64,000 bases of DNA from Tubiluchus corallicola. Lineage: Eukaryota; Animalia; Priapulida. The notes under the pieces were generated by a model. The model worked only from the letters and a program-made list of their open reading frames with translations. It ran no database searches and had not been told where the DNA came from. Shown piece after piece: positions 63,563 to 64,000 of this stretch (positions are counted from its first letter, which is position 1; each line of letters opens with the position of its first letter). A program made the translations under genes and the position numbers. Where the stretch lies: assembly GCA_030141605.1 (NCBI GenBank), contig JAQGDQ010000003.1:2418001-2482000 (forward strand), given 5' to 3'.

Positions 63563-64000
63563 GGATAGTACCTATAATTACCACAAAAAATTTATGCATG
63601 AATGCGTACCACGATTGATTTCAGAGCTTAAATAATAATAGACATGCAGATCGCTCCAAAAATCTTGCTGTAGCTTTGACCCTTGAAAAGCAAATTTCCA
63701 ACTGATGGCTGTAAATATATCTTTTAACAAATGTTTGATTGGATTTGCTAGTCTGTTTGCTTGTTTGTTTGCCATTTGTCAGTTGGTCTACGTGATACAT
63801 ACATGCGGTAGTGTACAATATTTAATAAGAAAATTGTGTAGAAAAAAATCATTTTCTTTTTGTGCTTTTTACATCGGCAAGTACATAGGATACTAAATTT
63901 GAGCAGATTCGCAGGAAAGTGGTGAGTTTGTTTTAACAAACTAGGCCATTCTAAGATGTCATTTTTATGACTCACATTTTTAATTTTCTTTTTGTCTTTG

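Overview
AT-rich eukaryotic (invertebrate metazoan-like) genomic DNA with spliceosomal introns. No prokaryotic features are present: no operons, CRISPR arrays, rRNA or tRNA that I can recognise. Positions 165-16836 hold one minus-strand gene that I reconstructed by hand from splice sites and reading phases. It has 25 coding exons (3174 nt including the stop, about 1057 aa; the first exon and one donor site are uncertain). It encodes a type-I membrane immunoglobulin-superfamily protein: leader, 7 Ig domains, 1 FN3, a transmembrane helix, and a cytoplasmic tail partly built from small frame-preserving exons. The tail ends in an ITIM (IVYADL), a second tyrosine motif (PYSTIDF) and a PDZ-type C-terminus (TVIV). 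The ectodomain motifs resemble the Sidestep/nephrin/Echinoid group. The remaining ~47 kb has no recognisable protein-coding gene. It contains MITEs and DNA-transposon ends, a 5'-truncated CR1-type LINE, micro- and minisatellites, and two orphan plus-strand exon-like segments. CpG frequency rises sharply at about 16.3 kb. Most short ORFs in the supplied track are spurious or are exon read-throughs. The best candidate for something new is the Ig receptor with its modular, potentially alternatively spliced inhibitory tail. Family assignments come from motif recognition, not from database searches.
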